A stretch of DNA of 64,000 nt, from contig OZ244999.1 of assembly GCA_965223265.1 (NCBI GenBank), positions 1,408,001 to 1,472,000 on the forward strand. Direction: 5' to 3'. The first letter of the stretch is position 1; every line of letters starts with the position of its first letter. Source of the stretch: Planctomycetota bacterium. Its GTDB lineage: Bacteria > Planctomycetota > UBA8108 > SXIK01. The notes under the pieces are model-generated. The model had not been told where the DNA came from. It searched no databases and saw nothing but the letters and a program-made list of their open reading frames with translations. The position numbers and the translations under genes were made by a program. Below are positions 9,859 to 20,006 of this stretch, piece by piece.

Positions 9859-12195
9859 TCAGAACATTGCCTCCATGAGTCCGATGCGCTGTGCATGTGG
9901 TGGTGAGCCGTCCTCGGCGCCGTACCAGACGCGGACCTTGTTTCGATCGAGCAGCAGCTGTGACGGGTGCACTGAGTGGTTGCGACCCGGTCCTGCTGTG
10001 CCGAAGCTGCCAGCTGACGGTGGTGTGAGAAGGGGCTGACTGGAAACGGGGCGCCAGTGGATCCCATCACTGCTCGTGGCCGCGAACGTTGCCCAGGACC
10101 TGTCGAGCGATTTGTTGTAGAGCATGAAGTAGCGCCCCTTGTCGTGATAGACCGATGGGCCGAGCTGCTCCTTTCCCGCGAGGCCAACGATGGATCTGCC
10201 GCTGTTTCCCTTCGTCCAGTGGATTCCATCAGAGCTCGTGGCAAGTCCGAGCGAGTGTCGACCGTCGTACGCGCCGTACCACATGACAAACTGTGCACCG
10301 ATTCTCAGGACATGCATGCCGGTCGCCTGGATACTATCGATCGCTCCCGGTGCCCCAATGTCGAGAACGGGAGTGCCGTCGCCGTGACGCTTCCAGTGAA
10401 CCCCGTCTCGACTCGTCGCCAGGCAAATGCGTTCGACGCGCACGTGTGGGGGACTCAGTCCCAAGTCTTGCGCGTCCCCGCCGTCAATAGCGCCATACCA
10501 CATCATGAACTCCTCACCCACGCGCAAGACGTACGGATGCGCCAGGCCCTTTGAGTCGGCGCTACCCGGAGGGCCGAGGTCGAGCACGGGCTCGCCGTCG
10601 TTGGCGAGATTCCACACTAGCCCGTCGCCACTGACCGCGAGTCCGATGCGCTCGGTATATCCGTATGGCACCTCAGGATCGTCCGCCGGCTCGGCACCGA
10701 CGAACCACATTCGGTACAGCTCGCCGTCGAAGTCCACCGTCGGCCCCCAGACGTACGACCGATGCCAGCTCGCGGGTGGACCGACTCCGAGCGCTGCGCC
10801 CTGGTCGGCGGTGCCGGGAACGCGCTTGAAGTTTGCATTCGCGAGTGCGTCGATGCTCGCGTTCGGCGGAGCATCGACGAAACGGAGCAAGGTTGCGCCC
10901 TCAGCAGGCATCTTGGCGAGCGCCTCTTCGAGTTTGTGCCGCGCCGCTGCTGCCTCTGTCGATACGTCCTTCACGGGTCGTTTTTCGAGGACATCACTCT
11001 CAACGTCGTAAAGGCGTCCATCGCCATACAGCTTCCAGCGTTGATCACGAACGAAACGCACAGGCCGTGTACGCTCGGGGCGTGGACAGTAGTAGCAGTA
11101 CATCCATTCGCGCGGCGTTCCTTTCTCGCCCCGAAGCTGCGGCAAGAAGCTCCGACCGTCGAGTCCGGCGGGCACGCTCAGACCGGCCGCCTCCAGCGTC
11201 GTCGGCAGGAAGTCAGAGAAGTCGACCAGATCATTGCACACGCGTCCGGCAGGAACGACGCCCGGCCACAGTGCGAGCAGAGGGACCCGGGTGCCATCGT
11301 CTGTGGTTTGCCCTTTGCCGCCGGCGATGGTTCGTCCGTGGAGCGTCGACGACAGTCGCCGGTGCGTGCCGTTGTCGCTACAAAACAGAATCAACGTCTC
11401 CTCGGCAATCTTCAGCTCCTCGGTCGCCGCGACGATGCGGCCCACGAGTCGATCCATGTAGGTGACCATGGCTTCGAAGTTTCTCTGCTGCGCTTTCGCA
11501 GTTCTCTCTTTCGCCTGTGGCGGGCTGTCGGGAGTCGGCACAAAAGGGCTATGGACGAGGATCATCGGATAGTAGATGAAGAAACGTTCGCTTCGGTGCT
11601 CTCGCATGAAGTCGATGAGGTAATCCGTAGCGACCGCTGGCCCATACTCTCCCTTCGAGAACTGGTGATTCTCGCCGTCGACGTAGAGGAGGGGGGTGTC
11701 GTAGCGCTCGCCAAGACGGTCGACTTGCCAAAGGCAGATGCGCTCAAATCCCGCTTCCTCTGGCCACGACCCTCGCGCCCGAAAACTTTCCGCATAGTGT
11801 TCGGCACCGAGCAGCTGCCATTTGCCGGCGATCGCTGTTCGGTAGCCACCAGCGCGAAAGTACTGTCCGATAGTGCGCTGATCTCGATTGAGAACGGAAA
11901 ATGCAGAGTAGTTCCGCGCGTTCGACAGCCCCGTCATGAGTTTGATGCGACTGGGCGTGCAGAGCGGCTGCGAGTAGCAGTGGGTGAAGCGCATCCCACG
12001 GGACGCCAGGCGGTCGATGTTGGGAGTCCGGTATTGCTGGCTACCGTAGCAGCCGAAGCACTCAGAGCCGACGTCGTCCGCCATGATCAGTATGACGTTG
12101 GCAGGCGCGGGCTTGGTGGGTTCGTCGCCCGCATGCACGACGCTTGCGAACCCCATCAGGAGAGTTGCCAGGCAAGTGGAGCGGATTGAGTTCAA
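9859..12195 (-). CDS. Sulfatase fused to a C-terminal five-bladed beta-propeller glycosidase-like domain
   Basis: NVILIMADD, CTPSR, SDNG; then repeated blades (P-x-V...MWY...IGLA-x-S-x-DG-x-x-W). Confidence 0.88.
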   Translation of the reverse strand: MNSIRSTCLATLLMGFASVVHAGDEPTKPAPANVILIMADDVGSECFGCYGSQQYRTPNIDRLASRGMRFTHCYSQPLCTPSRIKLMTGLSNARNYSAFSVLNRDQRTIGQYFRAGGYRTAIAGKWQLLGAEHYAESFRARGSWPEEAGFERICLWQVDRLGERYDTPLLYVDGENHQFSKGEYGPAVATDYLIDFMREHRSERFFIYYPMILVHSPFVPTPDSPPQAKERTAKAQQRNFEAMVTYMDRLVGRIVAATEELKIAEETLILFCSDNGTHRRLSSTLHGRTIAGGKGQTTDDGTRVPLLALWPGVVPAGRVCNDLVDFSDFLPTTLEAAGLSVPAGLDGRSFLPQLRGEKGTPREWMYCYYCPRPERTRPVRFVRDQRWKLYGDGRLYDVESDVLEKRPVKDVSTEAAAARHKLEEALAKMPAEGATLLRFVDAPPNASIDALANANFKRVPGTADQGAALGVGPPASWHRSYVWGPTVDFDGELYRMWFVGAEPADDPEVPYGYTERIGLAVSGDGLVWNLANDGEPVLDLGPPGSADSKGLAHPYVLRVGEEFMMWYGAIDGGDAQDLGLSPPHVRVERICLATSRDGVHWKRHGDGTPVLDIGAPGAIDSIQATGMHVLRIGAQFVMWYGAYDGRHSLGLATSSDGIHWTKGNSGRSIVGLAGKEQLGPSVYHDKGRYFMLYNKSLDRSWATFAATSSDGIHWRPVSSQPLLTPPSAGSFGTAGPGRNHSVHPSQLLLDRNKVRVWYGAEDGSPPHAQRIGLMEAMF

Positions 12196-12246
12196 CGACC
12201 GTGTCTCCTTTTGTGTCTCCCGAGTTGGCGACGCGGGCGCGCTGCC

Positions 12247-12930
12247 TCAGTCGAGTGTCCCAACCTCTGTGACGATCCAATCACGAAGTTTCACGAAGTA
12301 GGAACGGCAGGCGGGCTCGCTATCGATTTTGTACCCGAGCGAGAGCGCAGACGCGTCGCTCTGGATGTCGATGCCGATTCTTTTGTTGAGACGTTTCTCG
12401 AGCTCTTGAGTAGTCTCGATCGATTCGTGACAGCGAACCAGCGCTGCAGCGATCTGTGGCCACAAAACCGAATGACGACGAACGAACTCGCGCAGCAGGG
12501 TCTTGTGCTGTTCGGAGGGGCCTGACTCGTTGGCAATCAGATGGATGTGAGCGCTCTCAAACGGGCGACAGTCGAAAGCGATGTCCGCGTCCCAGGCGTC
12601 GACGTGGTAGTCCATTCGCCCGAGTTCAGGATCGTCGACGGTCCGCTTCGGGCTCTGTGCCAAGTCTGAAGGATTGTCGAACTGACCCCCGGAAAAAATG
12701 CGAATCGTGATCTCGTCACCGACACCGACTTCCGGCATCTGCCAGCCGACGTGCTGTCGATGTTCGCGGGACTCTACGAAGTGTCCGAGTCCTCCTGTGC
12801 TGAGCGAAAAACGCGGTTTTTCCTTGGGACGTTTGACGTAACTTACGACTGCTGACAGTACGCCGTCGCCGTCAATGCCTGCAACGCAAGCCCGTTTCCC
12901 ATTGTGCAAAACCTCGAACCGAGTCTCCAT
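12247..12930 (-). CDS. Hypothetical protein
   Basis: Globular-looking ORF from METRFEV, preceded by an AGGAAT RBS-like sequence; no motif recognised with confidence. Confidence 0.7.
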   Translation of the reverse strand: METRFEVLHNGKRACVAGIDGDGVLSAVVSYVKRPKEKPRFSLSTGGLGHFVESREHRQHVGWQMPEVGVGDEITIRIFSGGQFDNPSDLAQSPKRTVDDPELGRMDYHVDAWDADIAFDCRPFESAHIHLIANESGPSEQHKTLLREFVRRHSVLWPQIAAALVRCHESIETTQELEKRLNKRIGIDIQSDASALSLGYKIDSEPACRSYFVKLRDWIVTEVGTLD

Positions 12931-13169
12931 GAATTGATTCCTGCGCTGACGGGTTCTGTTCGTCGAACGGACACGCATGGATCTGTCGAGCGGGACGCCC
13001 TCGAGGCATGACTGCAGTGAAAACAGATGTGAGTAGAGTGAGCGTCGACACGGTGATCGTACCTGAGGGAGCGCGCGCGAAAAAGGCCAAGTGAACCCTA
13101 ACCGCCGTGGTCAAACCTCGTTCTAGTGGTGGAGGTGTTCATGACCCGTGCGGGTAGAGAGGCTCGAAA

Positions 13170-13805
13170 ATGGATCCTGCGATGAATTTGGACCGAACGG
13201 AACCTAAGCGACTTCGAGAAGCCTCGCGTGAGATGATCCAGCGAGCCCCAGCAGACCCGCAGGCGATGGGTGAGATCTATCTCATCTACTACGATCGCGT
13301 TTTTAACTATGCCATGCGCCGGCTGCTGAACGTCGCCGACGCGGAGGATGCAACGGCATCGACGTTCATGAAGGTCGTCGCGAACCTGCGTCAGTATCGA
13401 TGGACCGGACGACCGTTTTCCGCCTGGATCTTTCGAATTCTGACGCACCAAACGATCGATATTCTCCGTCGAAGATCGAAGCACCGCGTGGCCAGCATTC
13501 ACGGGCAAGAGGACGCCTCGTTCGAACTGCTCGCTCACATGGCTGACGACGGACTTTCGCAGTCTGAGCGACTCATTCGTCTGGAGCAATTCAATGCCCT
13601 ACATCAGGCCATTGCCCAGCTCCCTCCGAATTGTCAGGAGGTCGTTTGTCTCCTTTACTTCGCGGACTTGTCCGTCAAGGAAATCGCTTACAGCACGAAA
13701 TCCAATGTCGGGATCGTCAAGTGGCGGCTTCATCAGTCGCGAAGAAAGCTGGCTCAGTTGTTAGAGAAACAAAGCGCGCAGGGAGGACGTTGCCATGAGG
13801 AGTGA
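13170..13805 (+). CDS. ECF RNA polymerase sigma-70 factor
   Basis: DAEDATASTFMK, PFSAWIFRI, LSVKEIA...GIVKWRLHQSRRKL. Confidence 0.92.
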   Translation: MDPAMNLDRTEPKRLREASREMIQRAPADPQAMGEIYLIYYDRVFNYAMRRLLNVADAEDATASTFMKVVANLRQYRWTGRPFSAWIFRILTHQTIDILRRRSKHRVASIHGQEDASFELLAHMADDGLSQSERLIRLEQFNALHQAIAQLPPNCQEVVCLLYFADLSVKEIAYSTKSNVGIVKWRLHQSRRKLAQLLEKQSAQGGRCHEE

Positions 13806-15108
13806 TCAAGTGGATGGTTATGTGCGAGATAGGATTCTTGTTCCACGTTTCGAGAATCCGGCGCATCGCGAATCTCTCTTGCCTGAGTTGATCGATGCTG
13901 CGACCAAAGGCGCGAGGATCACGGCGCGAAGTGCGAGCGGGACTCGCCTCAATGGTCCGTCTTCCGACCCGAGGAGGTGGCCGGGAAGGCGTCGCGCGCT
14001 TCTGGCAACCGTAGGATTGGTCGGAATCGCCGGCTTGGTCGTCTTTGCCGTGATCGCTCCCGGCGCTGCGCCGAGTGACGCGTTGGCTCAGAGCGTCGAC
14101 GCGATTCGGAACAGCAAATCGATGCGCTGCGAGATCTCTCGCAGCGGACTGCTGTCCCTGTGGGGCAAACAGCCGAAGATGACGCTTTCCTGGGTCGCGC
14201 CCGATCTCATTCGATTGGATCAAGAGGGGGAGACGACCTGGGTGCGTGGAAACCGCATCACGCGATGGAAACAGGGAGAGACGAAGCCAGAAATCGCGGT
14301 GGATGTTCCGCACTTGACGCGGGAGTTCCACGAGACGATCAAACTGCTCAGCACGCCGAATCGTTTGATTGAGGTGTACAGCGCCGCTAGCGAGGAGGGG
14401 ATAGAGGTCGTGCGCGGGTTTCGAGGCGGGCGTGTGTTGTTCCGCCTTCAGGTGAGAATCAGTGCGGACGACGAAAGTTCACAGACGATGTACATCGACC
14501 CTGAGACGCTCCTTCCAGTGGAGATCGAATACAACGGTTTTGTGAGCAAATTCACGTGGGGTCCTGCGATTGACCCGGGTTTTATGGTCGCGAAGTTGCC
14601 GGCAGGCGCCGAGCCACCTCAAGTGATCGACGGTTCAAAAAGAACTCCGGTGCACCTGGTCGAGGCAGGAAAGGGTGTGGGCCCGATTCGGTTCGGTATG
14701 ACCCTCGAGGAGGTTGAGTCTGCCTGGGGCAAGCCTGCTCGCGTCGTCCGTAGAAGCGTTGGCGGCGTCTCTGTGGACTATCCCGCTCACGGTGTTCGGC
14801 TCACAATCTCGCCGCAAACCGGCGTCGACGAGATCGCTGGCGTGCTGGGCGACAGGATGAAAAGGTTCTTCAAGACGTTTGCCGGCCTGACTCCTGAGCA
14901 CCTCGGTATTGGCTCCACGGAAGCCGACATCGTCGCTGCGCTCGGTGAACCTGACTCGAGGTCGTCGAGAGGCCGGCACGTCTCGGGGCAACCGCTCAAC
15001 GTAACGATCGCATACGACCACGGCATCTCATTTCAGCTTGCGCCTGGGTATTTCGAGGATTCGCCGGAGCTGCGCGTCGTCGGCATTCAGGTCGGTCGAA
15101 AGAGCTAG
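13795..15108 (+). CDS. Putative membrane-anchored anti-sigma factor with LolA-like periplasmic domain
   Basis: Overlaps the sigma gene end; TM segment (LLATVGLVGIAGLVVFAVI); MYIDPETLLPV (LolA-like) and GVGPIRFGMT-type C-terminal domain. Confidence 0.7.
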   Translation: MRSDQVDGYVRDRILVPRFENPAHRESLLPELIDAATKGARITARSASGTRLNGPSSDPRRWPGRRRALLATVGLVGIAGLVVFAVIAPGAAPSDALAQSVDAIRNSKSMRCEISRSGLLSLWGKQPKMTLSWVAPDLIRLDQEGETTWVRGNRITRWKQGETKPEIAVDVPHLTREFHETIKLLSTPNRLIEVYSAASEEGIEVVRGFRGGRVLFRLQVRISADDESSQTMYIDPETLLPVEIEYNGFVSKFTWGPAIDPGFMVAKLPAGAEPPQVIDGSKRTPVHLVEAGKGVGPIRFGMTLEEVESAWGKPARVVRRSVGGVSVDYPAHGVRLTISPQTGVDEIAGVLGDRMKRFFKTFAGLTPEHLGIGSTEADIVAALGEPDSRSSRGRHVSGQPLNVTIAYDHGISFQLAPGYFEDSPELRVVGIQVGRKS

Positions 15109-15175
15109 CAGGCCGTTGAAAACCCGTCATCCGACTTGGGATGGGATTAGACGCAAAGAGCGCCGAGACACCCTC

Positions 15176-15247
15176 CTTCGTTGCCTTTGTTGCCTTGTGT
15201 TCAAGAACAAAAGAGTTTCCGAACAGGAGGCAACAGAGGCAACAAAG
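15176..15247. repeat. 27-bp imperfect inverted repeat built from 9-nt units (GAGGCAACA)
   Basis: CTTCGTTGCCTTTGTTGCCTTGTGTTC (15176-15202) versus GAACAGGAGGCAACAGAGGCAACAAAG (15221-15247), 4 mismatches; lies between convergent genes. Confidence 0.85.
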
Positions 15248-15328
15248 AACCCGCCCTGCGGCGTTTTCAAACCCCACGAAACAGTGAAACGCCTCGGGGA
15301 AGATGAGATTCGGAGAACTTGCGCGGAA

Positions 15329-16789
15329 CTATACCCGGCGCTTCAGAAGTTCCCCGACGACGCGTCCCGGTTGACCGTCGATCAGTGACTGCTCACGACC
15401 GTTTCTCTTATACACCAGCTGCTTCGGGTCGAGGCCGAAGAGATGCATGAGCGTGTAGTGGTAGTCGGTGTGCGTGACGACATCTTCTGTTGAATAGTGG
15501 CCGAACTCGTCGGTCGCGCCGTGAATGTAGCCGGCGCGGAATCCGCCGCCGGCCACCCACATGCTGAAACCGTAGGTGTTGTGGTCGCGTCCGAAGTTTT
15601 TCACTCCGGCGTCGTTTTGGATGACCGGTAGGCGCCCCATCTCGCCGCCCCAGTGAACAATCGTCGTCTCGAGGAGGCCGCGATTCTTGAGATCCTTCAC
15701 CAGTGCCGCCGCCGGCTTGTCGGTCTTGGCGCACGCCTGCGGCAGCCCCGTAGCGATGCGGCCGTGGTGATCCCACAGTTGATAGCGCGTGAAGATCTGG
15801 ATGAAGCGGACGCCGCGCTCGATCAGCCGCCTCGCGATCAGGCAGCGAGTGCCGTACTCCGCGGTCACTGGATCGTCGAGGCCGTAGAGCGCTTTTGTGG
15901 CTACGGTTTCGCCGCGCAGGTCGAGCGCCTCGGTGGCGGCAGTCTGCATGCGCGCCGCGAGTTCATAGCTTTGGACGCGTGCCTCCAGATCAAGCTCTCC
16001 TGGGCGCGCTGCAAGATGGCGCCGGTTCAGTCGCTCCAAGTAGCTGAGGTAGCGACGCTGCGCTGCGCCGCGGAGGTGCTGGGGCGTCTCGAGGTTCCAA
16101 ATGCGAGGTTCTGCCGAGCGCACCACCGTGCCCTGATAGAGGGAGGGCAGCCAACCGTTCGACCAGTTGTTGACGCCTTCGACGGGCAGACTGTGGGGGT
16201 CGGTGAGGGCGACGTATGCCGGAAGATCTTCCGACTCGGATCCTAGACCGTAAGTGAGCCAGCTCCCGAGCGCTGGACGGCCGCGCTGAATCTTTCCGGT
16301 GTTGAGCGCAATGATCGACTGGTTGTGATTATTCACCCCTGTGTGCATCGAGCGAATGAGCGTGATGTCATCCGCGATCTCGCCGGTGTGCGGCAGCAGC
16401 TCTGAGAGTTCCATGCCGCACTCACCGTGATGTGAGAATTTCCACGGGCTGCCGAGCACGCGAGAGCTCGCCTGCGCGGCGTTGTCGTACTTGATCTTTC
16501 CAGGAAAGGTCTTGAGGTGGTACCTGTTGAGCAAAGGCTTTGGATCCGTCAGATCCATGTGGCTGGGACCGCCTTGCATGAAGAGCGAGATCATCGCCTT
16601 CGCCTGCGGTTCCCGGTGCGGCGCCTTTGGCTTGAGGTCAAACGTCCGCTTTTGCAGATCGGGCTTGATCTCTTCCGCCACCAGCCCGTCGCGCTCCAGC
16701 AGCCACGCCAGCGCTACCGACCCGATGCCCAGTGCGCTGCTGGCGAGGAAGTGGCGGCGTCCGCCGAGTTGATCTGCGGCTAAAACCAT
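15329..16789 (-). CDS. DUF1501 family protein (Tat signal)
   Basis: RRHFL, LFMQGGPSHMD, LIERGVRFIQ, WDHH, GEMGRLP, GRDHN motifs. Confidence 0.92.
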   Translation of the reverse strand: MVLAADQLGGRRHFLASSALGIGSVALAWLLERDGLVAEEIKPDLQKRTFDLKPKAPHREPQAKAMISLFMQGGPSHMDLTDPKPLLNRYHLKTFPGKIKYDNAAQASSRVLGSPWKFSHHGECGMELSELLPHTGEIADDITLIRSMHTGVNNHNQSIIALNTGKIQRGRPALGSWLTYGLGSESEDLPAYVALTDPHSLPVEGVNNWSNGWLPSLYQGTVVRSAEPRIWNLETPQHLRGAAQRRYLSYLERLNRRHLAARPGELDLEARVQSYELAARMQTAATEALDLRGETVATKALYGLDDPVTAEYGTRCLIARRLIERGVRFIQIFTRYQLWDHHGRIATGLPQACAKTDKPAAALVKDLKNRGLLETTIVHWGGEMGRLPVIQNDAGVKNFGRDHNTYGFSMWVAGGGFRAGYIHGATDEFGHYSTEDVVTHTDYHYTLMHLFGLDPKQLVYKRNGREQSLIDGQPGRVVGELLKRRV

Positions 16790-16854
16790 CGTTTCACTTT
16801 CGAAGACTCTGAAGGGGTGTCAATCGACCGTCGAGTGACGGCATTTCGAGGGCG

Positions 16855-19578
16855 TCAATCAACGTACAGAAACTCATTGGAACTCATCAAGGTCTGACAG
16901 AAGCTGGCGAGTGCGTAGAACTCTGGTGGTCGATCCGTCGGGTCTTTCTTTTTGTCGCTCTTCGTCTTCTCGGCGCCGGCTCGTTGCACGCGGAAGTGCT
17001 CGGTCTGCTCGGACATAAACTCGAGCGTTTCGTCGAGCTCGTCGTTCGTAGGCGTGCGCGCGAACGCCAGTTCCCAACCGCGCCGAATCTGCGCGGCGAC
17101 GTCGTTCGGTGCCTCCGCCCGGAGACGCGCGGCGAAGGTCTCGGACTGGGCGATAGCGAAGTCGCTGTTCATGAGCAGGAGCGACTGCGGCGCCACCGTC
17201 GACGAATTGCGTGCTTCGCAATTAGGTTCCATTCGCGGTGCGTCGAATGTGCGCAGGACGCTGAGCGGTCGGCTGCGACGCACTTGGATGTAGATACTGC
17301 GCCGGAACTGCTCCCCCTGCAAATCGGTCTCGGGGTCCAGCTCGCCACCGCGGCCACCTGTTCCAATCACGAACTGCCCCGACGTGTTCACGGTCACGGG
17401 AACCGGCGGCCCGAACAGCTTGCGGTTGAGCTTGCCGCTCAGGGCCAGAATGGCATCGCGGAGTGTCTCGGCTTCCAGGCGGCGGATCGATTTGTGCCAG
17501 TAGAGACGGTTCTCCGGGTCAATCGTATTGCCTACGGCTCGGCGCACCGCGAGCGGCTGAGAGGATTGGCGATACACCGAAGACGTCATGATCAGCCGGT
17601 GAAGGTGTTTCAGGCTCCAGCCGCTGTCGACGAACTCGCTGGCGAGCCAGTCGAGTAAAGCAGGGTGCGTCGGCGGTGCGCCCAGGACTCCGAAGTCAGC
17701 TGGGGTTTCGACGAGCCCGCGACCGAAGTGGTGGAGCCACACGCGATTGACGAGAACACGCGCGACGAGCGGATGGTCGCCACTCGTGAGCCAAGTGGCG
17801 TACGCCAGCCGGCGTCCGGTGCTTGAGACGGCGGGGTCGTTGACCGGAAGCTCGAGTTTGTCGTCGCGCAGCACTGAGAGCTCTGCGGGCGCGACCGCGT
17901 CGCGCGGTTGGGTGTGATCGCCGCGCGCGAAAACGCGCGTCTCCGGGATTTCGCCGGGGTTCTCGGTCAGCGCGCGAAGGAACTTCTCTGCTGGCTTGGT
18001 GCTTGCGGCCTTAGTGATCTCGGCTTGCAGCTTTTTTAGCTCATCAGCGGCCTTGCGGTCGTAGAGGTAGAGCGTGCCGTTGTTCACTTTCAGGCTCGGG
18101 TAGACGCGAAAGATCTCCTGCTGCTCTGGCGTGCGTTTGCCCTCCGGAGTCTTCCAGGCTACACGCGCTGCGGCGCGCAACGCGGCGGGAACTTTCTCGA
18201 GCTGCTTGTTGAAGGTGATTTCGATGAGTTCTCGACGCCGCTCTTCGAAGCGCCGACGCAGCGGCGCAACACTCTCCTTTTCGATTTTCTCCGCTTGGAG
18301 ACGATCGGCCGCGGTGTAAAGCGAGACGCGACGAGCAGCGGGATTGCGCCACTTCACTGGATTGTAGGCCGGTTCGAAGATGGCGCGGAAGCTGTAGTAG
18401 TCGCCCTGAGGGATCGGGTCGTAGCGGTGGTTGTGGCACTGTGCACAACCGACCGAGAGGCCGAGAAGGGAGGTGGACACAATTTTGATGGTGTCGGCGA
18501 CGACCTTGTTGCGCGCCAGATTCTGATCGACGCCTCCGGACCCCGTGCCATCGGGGGCCATGCGCAGGAAGCCGGTGGCTGTCAGTCGATCGATCTCGTC
18601 TGCCGTCAGATCGCGGTAGGGTGGCGTCACCATCTCATCGCCGGCGAGTTGTTCGCGGATGAAACGATCCCACGGCATATCCTCGTTGAGCGCGCGGATG
18701 ACATAATCGCGGTAGTGGTACGCCCACGGACGCTCGCGATCTTCGTTCGTGTAGCCTTCCGAATCGGCGTAGCCCGCGACGTCGAGCCAGTGGCGGCCCC
18801 AACGCTCGCCGTAGTGAGGAGAATCGAGCAGGCGGTCGATCAGCCGAGAGTACGCTCCCGGTGACGTGTCAACCATGAACGCCTCGACCTCCGACGGCGT
18901 CGGCGGCAGGCCCAAGAGATCGAAGAAAGCGCGCCGCACCAAGACCGTTTTCGTCGCCGCCGGTGCGAACGCAAGGTCGCTTTGCTCGAGCCGCGCGTGG
19001 ACGAACGCGTCGATCGGCGTTCGGACACGATCCGAATCGTCGACAGCCGGGAGCGTCGGGCGCTCGATCGGTTGGAACGACCAAAAGCGTCTTTCTTCGG
19101 AAGTGATTTGGAGATCCGGCGTGAGCTCGGTTGGCTCGGGGCGAAGCGTCTTGGCGCCGGTTTTGATCCAGCGAGCGAGTAGGCGAACGCTCTCCGGCGG
19201 TAGCTTCTTCTCACCCGGCGGCATTTCGCCGTCGCGCGCACGAACGTAGAGCAGGCTCCGTTCAGGATCTCCGGGAACCACGGCTGGGCCCGAGTCCCCG
19301 CCGCTCATAATCAGACGCCGCAAACGGAGGTCCAGGTTGCCTTCTACCTCTTCCTCCTCGCCGTGGCAGTGAAAACAGTTCGCTTTGAAAATCGGGCGAA
19401 CATGCTTTTCGAAGGAGAGCTGCTCGTCCGCGCGGGCCGACTCTCCGGCGCGCGAACTGGCTGCGATGAGAGTACAAACAGCTGCGGCGATCAACGACGA
19501 CGGCCAGCGTCGGTTCGGCAGAAGGCGCGGACGGCGCCAAGGCAATCTCGTTGCGTGGGCGGCCAGGTGACTCGTCAT
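16855..19578 (-). CDS. Planctomycete cytochrome c / PSD1 protein (PSCyt1-DUF1549-DUF1553)
   Basis: CFHCH and CAQCH heme motifs, YGERWGRHWLD, PTHPALLDWLA, SNEFLYVD; upstream partner of DUF1501. Start uncertain. Confidence 0.92.
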   Translation of the reverse strand: MTSHLAAHATRLPWRRPRLLPNRRWPSSLIAAAVCTLIAASSRAGESARADEQLSFEKHVRPIFKANCFHCHGEEEEVEGNLDLRLRRLIMSGGDSGPAVVPGDPERSLLYVRARDGEMPPGEKKLPPESVRLLARWIKTGAKTLRPEPTELTPDLQITSEERRFWSFQPIERPTLPAVDDSDRVRTPIDAFVHARLEQSDLAFAPAATKTVLVRRAFFDLLGLPPTPSEVEAFMVDTSPGAYSRLIDRLLDSPHYGERWGRHWLDVAGYADSEGYTNEDRERPWAYHYRDYVIRALNEDMPWDRFIREQLAGDEMVTPPYRDLTADEIDRLTATGFLRMAPDGTGSGGVDQNLARNKVVADTIKIVSTSLLGLSVGCAQCHNHRYDPIPQGDYYSFRAIFEPAYNPVKWRNPAARRVSLYTAADRLQAEKIEKESVAPLRRRFEERRRELIEITFNKQLEKVPAALRAAARVAWKTPEGKRTPEQQEIFRVYPSLKVNNGTLYLYDRKAADELKKLQAEITKAASTKPAEKFLRALTENPGEIPETRVFARGDHTQPRDAVAPAELSVLRDDKLELPVNDPAVSSTGRRLAYATWLTSGDHPLVARVLVNRVWLHHFGRGLVETPADFGVLGAPPTHPALLDWLASEFVDSGWSLKHLHRLIMTSSVYRQSSQPLAVRRAVGNTIDPENRLYWHKSIRRLEAETLRDAILALSGKLNRKLFGPPVPVTVNTSGQFVIGTGGRGGELDPETDLQGEQFRRSIYIQVRRSRPLSVLRTFDAPRMEPNCEARNSSTVAPQSLLLMNSDFAIAQSETFAARLRAEAPNDVAAQIRRGWELAFARTPTNDELDETLEFMSEQTEHFRVQRAGAEKTKSDKKKDPTDRPPEFYALASFCQTLMSSNEFLYVD

Positions 19579-20006
19579 AGTGGACGATTGTCGATGACCG
19601 CATGAGCGTGTGCAAGCTGTGTTTGAGCTTGTCGCATTCCGTATCGCAGTACGCGGCGGCGGTGATCTGTCGGCGGGGGGAAGATCTGCTGCGTCCTCTG
19701 AGCAGGGGCTTCTACGATGGACGATCTTTGCGGAAATCGTTGCAAGAAAGCGCGCAGCGCGTCGTCCATTCGGTCGAACGGCGGTGCTTTCCACGCGAGG
19801 GGGAGGGGCGCTAGATTCGGCGATCTGCGTTCGATCAGTTGCGGTGTGCGATCGTCCAGCTCTGAGCTGAGTGTGCGCCGAGAGGTCTGCCGGACGTGTC
19901 CACGGGATCTGATTTCTACGTGGCTTTGGTGTGACGTGAACGATACGATGAACTTCGCGTTTGCCGGGCCTGAACGGGTAAATGGAGTGCTTTGGAGGGC
20001 CTTGCG

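Noticed and set aside
10762-12189. 475-aa plus-strand ORF (and similar long ORFs at 54660-55955 and 2378-3295)
   Set aside because: Antisense shadows of well-supported genes in GC-rich DNA; no motifs.
13090-13120. ECF autoregulatory promoter (GAACC...GTCAAA)
   Set aside because: Spacing of about 11 nt is too short for a -35/-10 pair.
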